NCBI GenBank assembly: GCA_963830915.1
Contig: CAWHOE010000071.1
Coordinates: 1 to 53,709, forward strand
Length of the DNA stretch: 53,709 bases
Direction: 5' to 3'
From: a candidate division FCPU426 bacterium
GTDB lineage: Bacteria > Oederibacteriota > Muellerivitia > Muellerivitales > Muellerivitaceae
This document shows, piece after piece, positions 19,576-27,805 of the stretch. Both the position numbers and the translations under genes were made by a program. Numbering within the stretch: position 1 is the first letter of the stretch; the number at the start of each line of letters is the position of its first letter. Under the pieces are notes generated by a model. That model ran no database searches. It was not told where the DNA came from and saw only the letters and a list, made by a program, of their open reading frames with translations.

Positions 19576-19815
19576 TTATAAACCTTTGTGAGTTCCGTCG
19601 CAGAAGGGCGGGGTCTTGGTGTGCTTGCACTGGCACAAGAAGGCGGTCTTGGTCTCCTCGGCCTTGAAGACCTTGGGGACGAACTCAGAGCCCTTGTGGG
19701 ACCCGTCGCAGAAGGGTTGTTTTTTCGAGTTCCCGCAGGAACACCATGCATAAGTCTTGCCAGCTTCCAACTCGACTTTTACAGGGAATTTCGCGGCGAT
19801 AGTTGGTTCAGACAT
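19576..19815 (-). CDS. CDGSH iron-sulfur domain protein (two CDGSH motifs)
   Basis: WCSCGNSKKQPFCDGSH and LCQCKHTKTPPFCDGTH. Confidence 0.95.
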   Translation of the reverse strand: MSEPTIAAKFPVKVELEAGKTYAWCSCGNSKKQPFCDGSHKGSEFVPKVFKAEETKTAFLCQCKHTKTPPFCDGTHKGL

Positions 19816-20136
19816 TTTGAATCTCCTTTATTTGTCCTGAGCTTCATACTTCGACTCATCCATAGTAAGTATCATTCCACAAAAGAACAGAACCGGAGAA
19901 ATTTTTCCAGTTACGCAAGGGTAACTTTTTCCTGAATGGGAGTATAGTAGAGGATACGAAAGGGAAACCAGGCCGTTTATCGGGACATTTAAAGGGTTTT
20001 TCGACGAATATCGTTCCCAAGCGGCGCCCCTCGGAAGCAACCAACCCTGAAAGGTTGGAGAGGAAAAAACAAACTCGTTTCGGTCGTCATCGGAAACAAC
20101 ACCAAGTTCAGGGCCTCAGGCCCAGGATCAACCACC

Positions 20137-22071
20137 ATGAAAATACCAATCAACCAAGAGACCGAATGGCTGGAAGCGGACGGCCTGGGCGGTTTTTCAT
20201 CCGGAACCACCCTGGGCGTCCGCACCCGTCGTTACCATTCTCTCCTTTTGACCGCCACCACGCCGCCCATCGGCCGTGTAGCCCTGGTGAAGGGGCTGGA
20301 GACCTGGGTGGAAACGGGGAAGGATTTTTATTTCCTCAATCCCCACTTCTATCTTCCCGGCGTCATGTCCCCCGAAAAGGTCGAAACCCTTCATGCTTTC
20401 GATCTTCATCCCTGGCCCCGCTGGACCTACAAGCTCGCCCCGGGTCTTATCCTGCAGCATGAGTTGTTCGTGCCCCACGGCAAGCCCATGGTCGTGCTTT
20501 CCTGGAAACTCATCGGCGACGGCGGTTCGGCGCGCCTATCCTTGAGGCCCCTCCTGTCGGGGAGCAACTACCACACCCTCCATCACGAGAATCCCGATTT
20601 CCAGTTCGACGCCGATATCTTCGACCAACTGGTCCGTTGGCGCCCCTATCCCAGCCATCCGGCCATCACGGCCCTGCATAACGGCCATTACCATCACAAG
20701 CCCGAGTGGTACCGCCAGTTCCTCTATGAGAAGGAAAAACAAAGGGGGATGGATTCGGTCGAGGACCTGGGCTCCCCCGGGCTCTTCCAATGGGTCCTGG
20801 GCAAGGGCCGGGCGGTCGTGATCCTCACCACCCAGGGCATCCAGCCCACGACCGCTTCCGATATCCCGCAGGCCATGGAACTTTACGAGGACCTCAAGGC
20901 CAAGGAAGAGAAACGCCGGAAGTCTTTCGCCTCTCCCTCGCTTTTATCGGCGGAGAATTATTTCGTGAAGAAGGGGGACGGCAAGATACTGCTGGCCGGC
21001 TACCCCTGGTTGACCGATTGGGGAAGGGATACATTCATTTCCATGAGAGGTTTGGGCATCGCGACGGGAAAACTGGAAGAGAGCCGAACGGTCCTGCATG
21101 AGTGGATCAAGGTGCTCTCCGAGGGAATGGTCCCCAACCGCCTGCCCGGTTCCTGGCAAGACCCGGATTACGCCTCCGTGGACGCGTCCCTCTGGTTCAT
21201 CCTCGCCTGTCACGACTATCTCACCGCGTCGGGCAAGACCGCCGACAAGGAATTGACCGACGCCATCGAGAAGATCCTCACGGCTTATTCCAAAGGCACC
21301 CGCTTCGGCATCGGCATGGACAAGGACGGGTTGCTCTTCGCCGGGGAGGGGGACAGCGCCCTGACCTGGATGGACGCCAGGGTCGAAGGAAAGGCGGTCA
21401 CACCCCGCGTGGGCAAACCGGTGGAGGTGCAGGCCCTTTGGCTGAACGCCCTGTGGATCGGAAGCAAGATATCCAAACATTGGAAAGAACACTTGGACAA
21501 AGGTCTGGCGTCCTTCCGGGAGAAATTCTGGAACAAGGAGACCGGATGCCTTTTCGATGTCATCGATGTGAACCGTCAGCCGGGCGTGAACGACCCGGCC
21601 TTCCGGCCCAACCAGATCTTCGCGGTGGGCGGCCTGCCGCTGGTGCTTTTGGACGAGACCCAGGTGCGCTGGGTCGTGGACCTGATCGAGAAAAAACTAC
21701 TGACCCCTGTCGGGTTGAGGTCCCTGGCCCCGGGTGAGCCGGCCTATCAGCCCCATCTTCACGCGGGTGTGGTGGAGGAAGGGGCGACCTTCCATCAAGG
21801 CGTCGTCTGGCCCTGGTTGATGGGGCCTTTCGTGGAAGCCTGGGTCCGGTCCCGCGGGGACACGGATGAGGCCAAGCGTGAGGCGCGAAAGAAATTCCTG
21901 GAACCCTTCCTGACCCGCCTTTGGGAAGAGGGATTGGGCCATCTGCCGGAAGTCGCCGAAGCCGAGCCGCCTTTCAAGACGGGAGGCTGTCCTTTCCAGG
22001 CCTGGTCCCTGGGAGAGGCGCTTCGGTTGGACTTGGCGGTCTTGAAAGAGAAGCACCCGCATAAAAAGTAA
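20137..22071 (+). CDS. Glycogen debranching enzyme / amylo-alpha-1,6-glucosidase
   Basis: EWLEADGLGGF..GT..RRYH, AGYPW..DWGRDTFI, TWMDA, RPNQ, HQG.VWPWL, GCPFQAWS. Confidence 0.92.
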   Translation: MKIPINQETEWLEADGLGGFSSGTTLGVRTRRYHSLLLTATTPPIGRVALVKGLETWVETGKDFYFLNPHFYLPGVMSPEKVETLHAFDLHPWPRWTYKLAPGLILQHELFVPHGKPMVVLSWKLIGDGGSARLSLRPLLSGSNYHTLHHENPDFQFDADIFDQLVRWRPYPSHPAITALHNGHYHHKPEWYRQFLYEKEKQRGMDSVEDLGSPGLFQWVLGKGRAVVILTTQGIQPTTASDIPQAMELYEDLKAKEEKRRKSFASPSLLSAENYFVKKGDGKILLAGYPWLTDWGRDTFISMRGLGIATGKLEESRTVLHEWIKVLSEGMVPNRLPGSWQDPDYASVDASLWFILACHDYLTASGKTADKELTDAIEKILTAYSKGTRFGIGMDKDGLLFAGEGDSALTWMDARVEGKAVTPRVGKPVEVQALWLNALWIGSKISKHWKEHLDKGLASFREKFWNKETGCLFDVIDVNRQPGVNDPAFRPNQIFAVGGLPLVLLDETQVRWVVDLIEKKLLTPVGLRSLAPGEPAYQPHLHAGVVEEGATFHQGVVWPWLMGPFVEAWVRSRGDTDEAKREARKKFLEPFLTRLWEEGLGHLPEVAEAEPPFKTGGCPFQAWSLGEALRLDLAVLKEKHPHKK

Positions 22072-22095
22072 ATACCTAAACTATTTGAACCACCA

Positions 22096-22172
22096 TGACG
22101 ACCATCAATTAAACAATTAATGAGGTCGGTATAGCCCCGATTTCATTTAAATTCTTAAATAGTTAATCGGCG
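22096..22172 (+). mobile_element. TGCCGA double-hairpin miniature element, copy 5 (degenerate ends)
   Basis: tttgaaccacCA[tgacgac...aatcggcg]CAagggcaccaag. Confidence 0.8.
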
Positions 22173-22348
22173 CAAGGGCACCAAGGGCACCAAGAAAAAC
22201 TAAAATTTCAGTAAAAATGAAACCCAGAATTAAGGGTTAATCTTTCTTGGTGTCTTAGTGTCTTGGTGGTGAAAGTTAGATGATCCTTTGCGGTTTTCCT
22301 GATAATTCGTTTTATAATGGTCGTTCTTTGAAACCCCCAGGGGAGTCC

Positions 22349-23014
22349 ATGAGTCCTTTTAAAATCCTATTTACGATCTCCTTCTTGAGCCTGGCCCTCG
22401 GTCCTTTCCGGACCGCTTTCGGCCAGGAGGAAGACATCCGTTTCAAAGCCCTGGATGTGCGGGGACATGTGACCTCCTACCGGGACGAGACGGACGAGAC
22501 CACCCGCTTACACAAGGACCAGACCGACGACGACGGCGACCAGGTCACGACGGAGGACAAAAGCGAGGTGGTTTTCAGGTTGAGGGGCAAGGCTTATGTG
22601 CACCTGGCCCCCAATACCAGGATCCAGATCACCCGGCTGCGGGCCGCCGAGCCCAAGGGGATCGAGTGCCGATTGACCCTGGTCTATGGTCGATTGATCG
22701 TCCAGCTCGACAAGACCCCGACAGCCCCATTCGAGGTCATCGCCGGGACGGTCCACAGCCGGGTCCATGGCACGCTCCTGGAAGTCATCCGCAACAGGAC
22801 CAAGGACACGGTGCGGGTGTTATGCCATGAGGGGAACGTGGTGACCAACAGCAAAGGCCACGTGGAAATGGCCAAAAAGGGCCAAGTGGTGGAATTCACC
22901 AAGGGCGGGTTCAAATCCAAGTATTACTTCTCCATGGAGGACGAGGCGGATATGGAGGAGTGGCAGCAGTACCTTCATGAAGTCAGGACCCACCGCACGA
23001 ATCAGCCTCATTAG
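22349..23014 (+). CDS. FecR-domain-like secreted protein
   Basis: Signal peptide; GDQVTT, LAPNTRIQI, L.YGRL, VHGT, V.VLCHEGNV pattern. Confidence 0.7.
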   Translation: MSPFKILFTISFLSLALGPFRTAFGQEEDIRFKALDVRGHVTSYRDETDETTRLHKDQTDDDGDQVTTEDKSEVVFRLRGKAYVHLAPNTRIQITRLRAAEPKGIECRLTLVYGRLIVQLDKTPTAPFEVIAGTVHSRVHGTLLEVIRNRTKDTVRVLCHEGNVVTNSKGHVEMAKKGQVVEFTKGGFKSKYYFSMEDEADMEEWQQYLHEVRTHRTNQPH

Positions 23015-23037
23015 GGAACATCTATTTATTCACCACA

Positions 23038-23115
23038 TACCGACCCTCTATGAAGTGTGCATAAAGAGGTCGGTATAGTACCGATTTCCATATTGACTCA
23101 AATGGAAAATCGTCA
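23038..23115 (+). mobile_element. TGCCGA double-hairpin miniature element, copy 6
   Basis: attcaccaCA[taccgac...aatcgtca]CAgagac. Confidence 0.8.
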
Positions 23116-23174
23116 CAGAGACTTAGCGCGGCGTAACCGCAACCAAAATTTGAAGCCTGCGGTTGATGTCATAT

Positions 23175-23270
23175 TTCCCCCTCTGAAAGAGGGGGAATAA
23201 GGGGGAGTTAGACTTTTGGACACATCGGTAACGACTAATACCCCCCTATCCCCCTTTTTCAAAGGGGGGA
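23175..23270. repeat. REP-like poly-C/G palindromic repeat, uninterrupted copy
   Basis: ccccctctgaaagaggggg and ccccctttttcaaaggggg hairpins; inverted homologue of 10151-10336. Confidence 0.8.
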
Positions 23271-23487
23271 ACAACTATCTTTACGGCAAGCCGCGGGTTT
23301 GCGGCTTAAAAATCTTCTCGCGATGAGAAGATTCTGCAGGTTTAGTGATACAGAGAAAACATTGGCTTTTGATATCGACGAAACACATATCCAAAATTAA
23401 ATTTAGCCACAGATACATGGGATTCATGAGATTTTAAATTCGACATATTTTTAAACATTTCTTTGCCTATCCTGTGCATCCCATGCA

Positions 23488-23563
23488 TGCCGACCTTCCC
23501 ATAAACAGTTAAAGAGGTCGGTATCGTACCGATTTCCAAATAGTCATTAATGGATAATCGGCA
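23488..23563 (+). mobile_element. TGCCGA double-hairpin miniature element, copy 7
   Basis: atcccatgCA[tgccgac...aatcggca]CAtctgtggc; empty host atcccatgcatctgtggc at about 7873-7890. Confidence 0.88.
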
Positions 23564-23833
23564 CATCTGTGGCTGAATGAAGCCTTAGCTGTGCCTTTCG
23601 TCTTTAAACAAAAGAATCTATTGATTTGAGCATCTTTGGCCTATGGATTACGTCTTTCTTGGATAGTTGTGATCGACGAAAGCAATAAGGATGATCTTTA
23701 GAGGCAGTCATTAGGCTGTTTTCTCGACAAATGAAAGGCAGATATCCTCGGCCCTATCTTTATTCTTCCTTGACTCTCCGTTAAAATCGTCCGACAATTT
23801 CGCTCCTTATCCCATTTAAGAAAGAATCTACTC

Positions 23834-25513
23834 ATGATCTCCACCAGGGATTTGACCCTGCGCTTCGGTAAAAAGACCCTCTTCGACCATGTCACGGTCA
23901 AGTTCAACCCGGGTTATTGCTACGGTTTGATCGGTGCCAACGGCGCAGGAAAATCCACTTTCATGAAGATATTGGCCGGCCTGATCAAGCAGGACGAGGG
24001 CGAAGTCTCCGTGGACCGGGGCGTGAAGGTCGGGATGCTCAATCAGGACCAATACGCTTTCGACGAGTACACGGTCCTGGATACGGTGCTGATGGGCCGG
24101 GAAGACCTTTGGAAGATCCAGCAGGAGAAGGACGCGCTCTACGCCAAACCCCATATGACCCACGACGAGGGATTGAGGGCCGCCGATCTGGAGGCCCATT
24201 TCGGCGACATGGACGGTTACGCCCTGACTGCCGGGGCCGGGGAACTTTTGGAAGGCCTGGGCATCGAGACCGAGCGCCACGACTGGAAGATGAAGCAGCT
24301 GACAGGAGGTTGGAAGGTGCGGGTGTTGTTGGCCCAGATCCTTTACGCCAAGCCCGACGTCCTGCTCCTCGACGAGCCCACCAACAACCTGGACATCCGG
24401 ACCATCGACTGGCTGGAGGATTATCTCAACTCCTATGAGGGCACCATCATCGTCATCTCACATGACCGCCACTTCCTCAACCACATCTGCACCCATATCG
24501 CCGACGTGGACCGGGAAAAGGTAACGGTCTATTCGGGCAATTACGATTTCTTCGTCCACGCCTCCCAACAGGCCCTGGACAGCAAGTTGACCGAGAACGC
24601 CCGGAAGGAAAAACAGATCTCGGAGCTGAAGGCTTTCGTGGCCCGCTTCTCCGCCAACGCCTCCAAGAGCGCCCAGGCCACCAGCCGGGCCCGGCTGCTG
24701 GAAAAGATCGAGCTGGAACAGATTATCCCCACCTCCCGTCAGTACCCCCGGCTTTTCTTCAAGGAGAAGCAGTCGGCGGGCAAGGATATCCTGAACGTCA
24801 AGAGCATCAGCAAGGCTTACGGGGACCTGAAGGTCCTCAAGAAGGTGAGCTTCATCGTGGGTAACGGGGACAAGGTCGCCATCATCGGACCCAACGGCGT
24901 GGGTAAGACCACCCTCATCAAATGCCTGGTGGGTTCCTATCAGGCCGAGGGTTCGGACCTGGCCCAGTGGGGCCTGAAGGTGGACGAAGGGCAGGCCTTG
25001 TGGGGAAGCACGGTAAGGCTTTCCAGCATGCCCCAGGACGTGAAGGAAGAATTGATCCGCGACATGACGGCCCTGGAATGGCTCCGCCAGTTCGCCCCGC
25101 TGGAGGAGGGCCAGGTGCTTCGCGGCATGCTGGGACGGATGCTTTTCTCGGGCGAGGAACAGGAAAAGAGCGTGAAGGTGCTTTCCGGGGGGGAGTGCCA
25201 GCGTATGGTGCTGTCCCGCCTGATGATCGAGGGGTCGAACGTGCTGATCCTGGATGAGCCGACCAACCACATGGACCTGGAATCCATCGAGTCCCTGAGC
25301 ACGGCCCTGTTCGATTTCACTGGGACCGTGATCTTCTCCAGCCATGACCAGGACCTCATCTCCAAGGTCGCCAACCGGATCTTGGAACTGAAACCGGACG
25401 GGACCTATACGGACTTCAAGGGTAACTACTCCGATTACGTGGAATGGACGGCGCTGGAAGCCAAAAGGGCCAAGGAAGCGGCCAAGGCCAAGACGGGAAG
25501 CCAGAGGAAATAA
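23834..25513 (+). CDS. ABC-F family ATPase (YbiT/YkpA-like)
   Basis: Two NBDs (GANGAGKST, GPNGVGKTT), LLDEPTNNLD and ILDEPTNHMD, no TM segments. Confidence 0.93.
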   Translation: MISTRDLTLRFGKKTLFDHVTVKFNPGYCYGLIGANGAGKSTFMKILAGLIKQDEGEVSVDRGVKVGMLNQDQYAFDEYTVLDTVLMGREDLWKIQQEKDALYAKPHMTHDEGLRAADLEAHFGDMDGYALTAGAGELLEGLGIETERHDWKMKQLTGGWKVRVLLAQILYAKPDVLLLDEPTNNLDIRTIDWLEDYLNSYEGTIIVISHDRHFLNHICTHIADVDREKVTVYSGNYDFFVHASQQALDSKLTENARKEKQISELKAFVARFSANASKSAQATSRARLLEKIELEQIIPTSRQYPRLFFKEKQSAGKDILNVKSISKAYGDLKVLKKVSFIVGNGDKVAIIGPNGVGKTTLIKCLVGSYQAEGSDLAQWGLKVDEGQALWGSTVRLSSMPQDVKEELIRDMTALEWLRQFAPLEEGQVLRGMLGRMLFSGEEQEKSVKVLSGGECQRMVLSRLMIEGSNVLILDEPTNHMDLESIESLSTALFDFTGTVIFSSHDQDLISKVANRILELKPDGTYTDFKGNYSDYVEWTALEAKRAKEAAKAKTGSQRK

Positions 25514-25578
25514 ACGATTTTTGAAGCGGGAAAAAGTATAATGCCCCCTGTTTGAAAGAGGGCCCAAGAGGAGGATGT

Positions 25579-25902
25579 ATGGCGGACAACGATTGGCAGT
25601 CACGGTTGAAGACGGGACGGAACGAACCCTGCCCCTGCGGCTCAGGGAAGAAATATAAAAAGTGCCATTTGGAAGCGGATGAGAAGGCCAACAGTGGGGC
25701 GCTCGCGAAGATCAACGCCGAAGCGGCCGAGAAGGTCAAGGCGGAAGCGGACAAGCAGGATCACGAACACGGTCACACCCATGACCACGACCATCCCCAT
25801 GACCACGCCCACAAGCATGAGAAGGGCGGGCCGGCCAGGCCTCAGGCCCCGGTCAACGCGCAAAAGCAGGTCAACGCACCAAGGAAAACCGGAGCTTCTT
25901 AA
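25579..25902 (+). CDS. SEC-C motif protein with His-rich tract
   Basis: [38 protein letters not shown]. Confidence 0.88.
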   Translation: MADNDWQSRLKTGRNEPCPCGSGKKYKKCHLEADEKANSGALAKINAEAAEKVKAEADKQDHEHGHTHDHDHPHDHAHKHEKGGPARPQAPVNAQKQVNAPRKTGAS

Positions 25903-25910
25903 ACTAAGAC

Positions 25911-25995
25911 CATTTGAACCACCAAGTCACCAAGTAAGAAAAATCAAAAAGTTGAGTTTTTGTAGTTCTTGGTGCCCTTGGTGCCTTGGTGGTGA
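25911..25995. repeat. CACCAAG nonamer inverted repeat, empty host copy
   Basis: accaccaagtcaccaag ... cttggtgcccttggtgccttggtggt. Confidence 0.8.
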
Positions 25996-26013
25996 CTTAT
26001 TGAAAGGATTTTT

Positions 26014-26400
26014 ATGAAGCGTGAAAACATCAGCACCGGATCCAAGTGGGAGCCCATCCTGGGCTATTCCCGGGCCGTCAAGGTCGGGAACTATGTCCAT
26101 GTCTCGGGCACGACGGGCGGCGGACCGGACGGCAAGATCGTCGGCATCGGCGATCCCTACGCCCAGACCGTGCAGGCCCTGAAGAACCTCCAGGCCGGTC
26201 TGCAAAAGGCCGGGGCGGACATGAAGAACGTGGTGCGTACCAGGCTTTTCGTCACCAAGATCAGCGAGTGGGAAAAGTTCGGCAAGGCCCACGGCGAGTT
26301 CTTTGGGGAGATCCGGCCTGCCATGACCATCGTCGAGGTGGCGAAACTGATCGACCCGGACATGATGATCGAGATCGAGGCGGACGCTTACATCGAGTAA
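26014..26400 (+). CDS. RidA/YjgF family protein
   Basis: WE..GYSRAV, VSGTT, VVRTR, HGEFF..IRPA, IEIEA. Confidence 0.92.
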   Translation: MKRENISTGSKWEPILGYSRAVKVGNYVHVSGTTGGGPDGKIVGIGDPYAQTVQALKNLQAGLQKAGADMKNVVRTRLFVTKISEWEKFGKAHGEFFGEIRPAMTIVEVAKLIDPDMMIEIEADAYIE

Positions 26401-26462
26401 AAAGAACTCGATGATCGAAGTTTTTTCCCTCGCCGGCGTATGACCACCCGAGGAGGTCGACT

Positions 26463-26960
26463 TTGGATCCCAACCTTTGGAAACCCCGTCCCTACCAAGC
26501 TTCGGATGAGGAAGCCTGCCTGAGGATATTCGACAGCAATACCCCCCAGTATTTCCTCCCCGATGAACGGGAAAAATTCACCTCTTACCTGGAAGAATTC
26601 GCCGAGGATTACATCGTCGTCGAGGAGCCATCCGGGAACATCGTGGCCTGCGGGGGTTACGCCCTGGGGCTGGATGGGGGAGCGGCCACCCTTTGCTACG
26701 GGATGGTCCAGAGGGATTACCACGGGAAGGGCGTCGGCCATTTCCTTTTGCGGAACCGCCTCACCACCCTGGCCCGCATTCCCGGGATGAAGCTCATCCG
26801 TTTGGACGCCACCCAGCACAGCGTGGAATTCTTCATCAAAAAAGGGTTCAAGACCTACCGCATCACCCAGAATTATTACGGTCCCAGTCTTCACCGCTAT
26901 GAGATGTACCTGATCCTGGATGACGAGAAGATACGGGAGATCTTGAGCCCCCAGCCATAA
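26463..26960 (+). CDS. GNAT family N-acetyltransferase
   Basis: Motif A V.RDYHGKGVG; FFIKKGF. Confidence 0.88.
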   Translation: MDPNLWKPRPYQASDEEACLRIFDSNTPQYFLPDEREKFTSYLEEFAEDYIVVEEPSGNIVACGGYALGLDGGAATLCYGMVQRDYHGKGVGHFLLRNRLTTLARIPGMKLIRLDATQHSVEFFIKKGFKTYRITQNYYGPSLHRYEMYLILDDEKIREILSPQP

Positions 26961-26986
26961 GGATCCTCACGGGATGACCGGGAAGA

Positions 26987-27754
26987 TCAGGGATTGTTGT
27001 CGCTATTAACGGCCGGTGTGGCCAAGATTTCCGTCACTACCGGCAGGATCTTGATATCGCTTTTCTTCAGTTGACGTCGCAGGTTCTCGAAGGTGGTTTG
27101 GGGCCAGCCCTGTTGGAACCAATTCACCAGCCATTTGGGAACCCCTCCCTTGGGATCGCAATGGATCTCCGCTTCCACATAGGTCTCGTCCGATATGGTC
27201 ATGGGCTGAAGCTTGAAAACGCAGGTCATGACGCCCCGGACATAGCGTTTATCGGGCGGGCGCAGGGGATCCTCGGCGGGAGTGTAACTGACCTTCACCC
27301 GCCGGTTCTGGGCGTCGCCGGTGATGATGACATGGGAAACGAAATCCCGGTTGGCCATGATGAAGGGGGTACCCACGTGGTCGTACTCGATGAACTCGGT
27401 GGGGGATAGGGGCCGGACCAGGGTAGATTCCATCAGACTGTCGATCCATTCGGTGCCGCGGGTCTCATCGATGATGACCGAGGCCACCTTTTCAACTGGC
27501 GAGTCCACGATGCCCTCGCCTTTGAAGGCGATGACCTGACTTCCTTCCACTTTGCTCCAATAGATCTTGATGCCGTCGCTGTCGCTGGATTTGACCCAAT
27601 GGAACGCCGACTCGGTCACGAAGGGCAGGTCCACCGGCTGGCCGGTCGGGGTCGAGACGGCCGTTGTGGTCATGGTCGGGGTTTGAGCCAACAAGGGAAG
27701 GGTGGACGATAGGCAGATCATCGCCGCTAAGACCGGAAGGACAATGGATTTCAT
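26987..27754 (-). CDS. Secreted START-domain lipid-binding protein
   Basis: Signal peptide; DGIKIY, P..NRDFV, YVRG, DPKGGVPKWLVN. Confidence 0.85.
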   Translation of the reverse strand: MKSIVLPVLAAMICLSSTLPLLAQTPTMTTTAVSTPTGQPVDLPFVTESAFHWVKSSDSDGIKIYWSKVEGSQVIAFKGEGIVDSPVEKVASVIIDETRGTEWIDSLMESTLVRPLSPTEFIEYDHVGTPFIMANRDFVSHVIITGDAQNRRVKVSYTPAEDPLRPPDKRYVRGVMTCVFKLQPMTISDETYVEAEIHCDPKGGVPKWLVNWFQQGWPQTTFENLRRQLKKSDIKILPVVTEILATPAVNSDNNP

Positions 27755-27805
27755 ATGGACCTCGTCATTGAAATTTGACAGGCGGAAATGATATCGAATT
27801 TTGTT

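Noticed and set aside
13405..23563. TGCCGA elements as integron attC sites or guide RNAs
   Set aside because: No GTTRRRY/RYYYAAC cores and no integrase; in the copy checked (16156) the loops are not complementary to the flanking target
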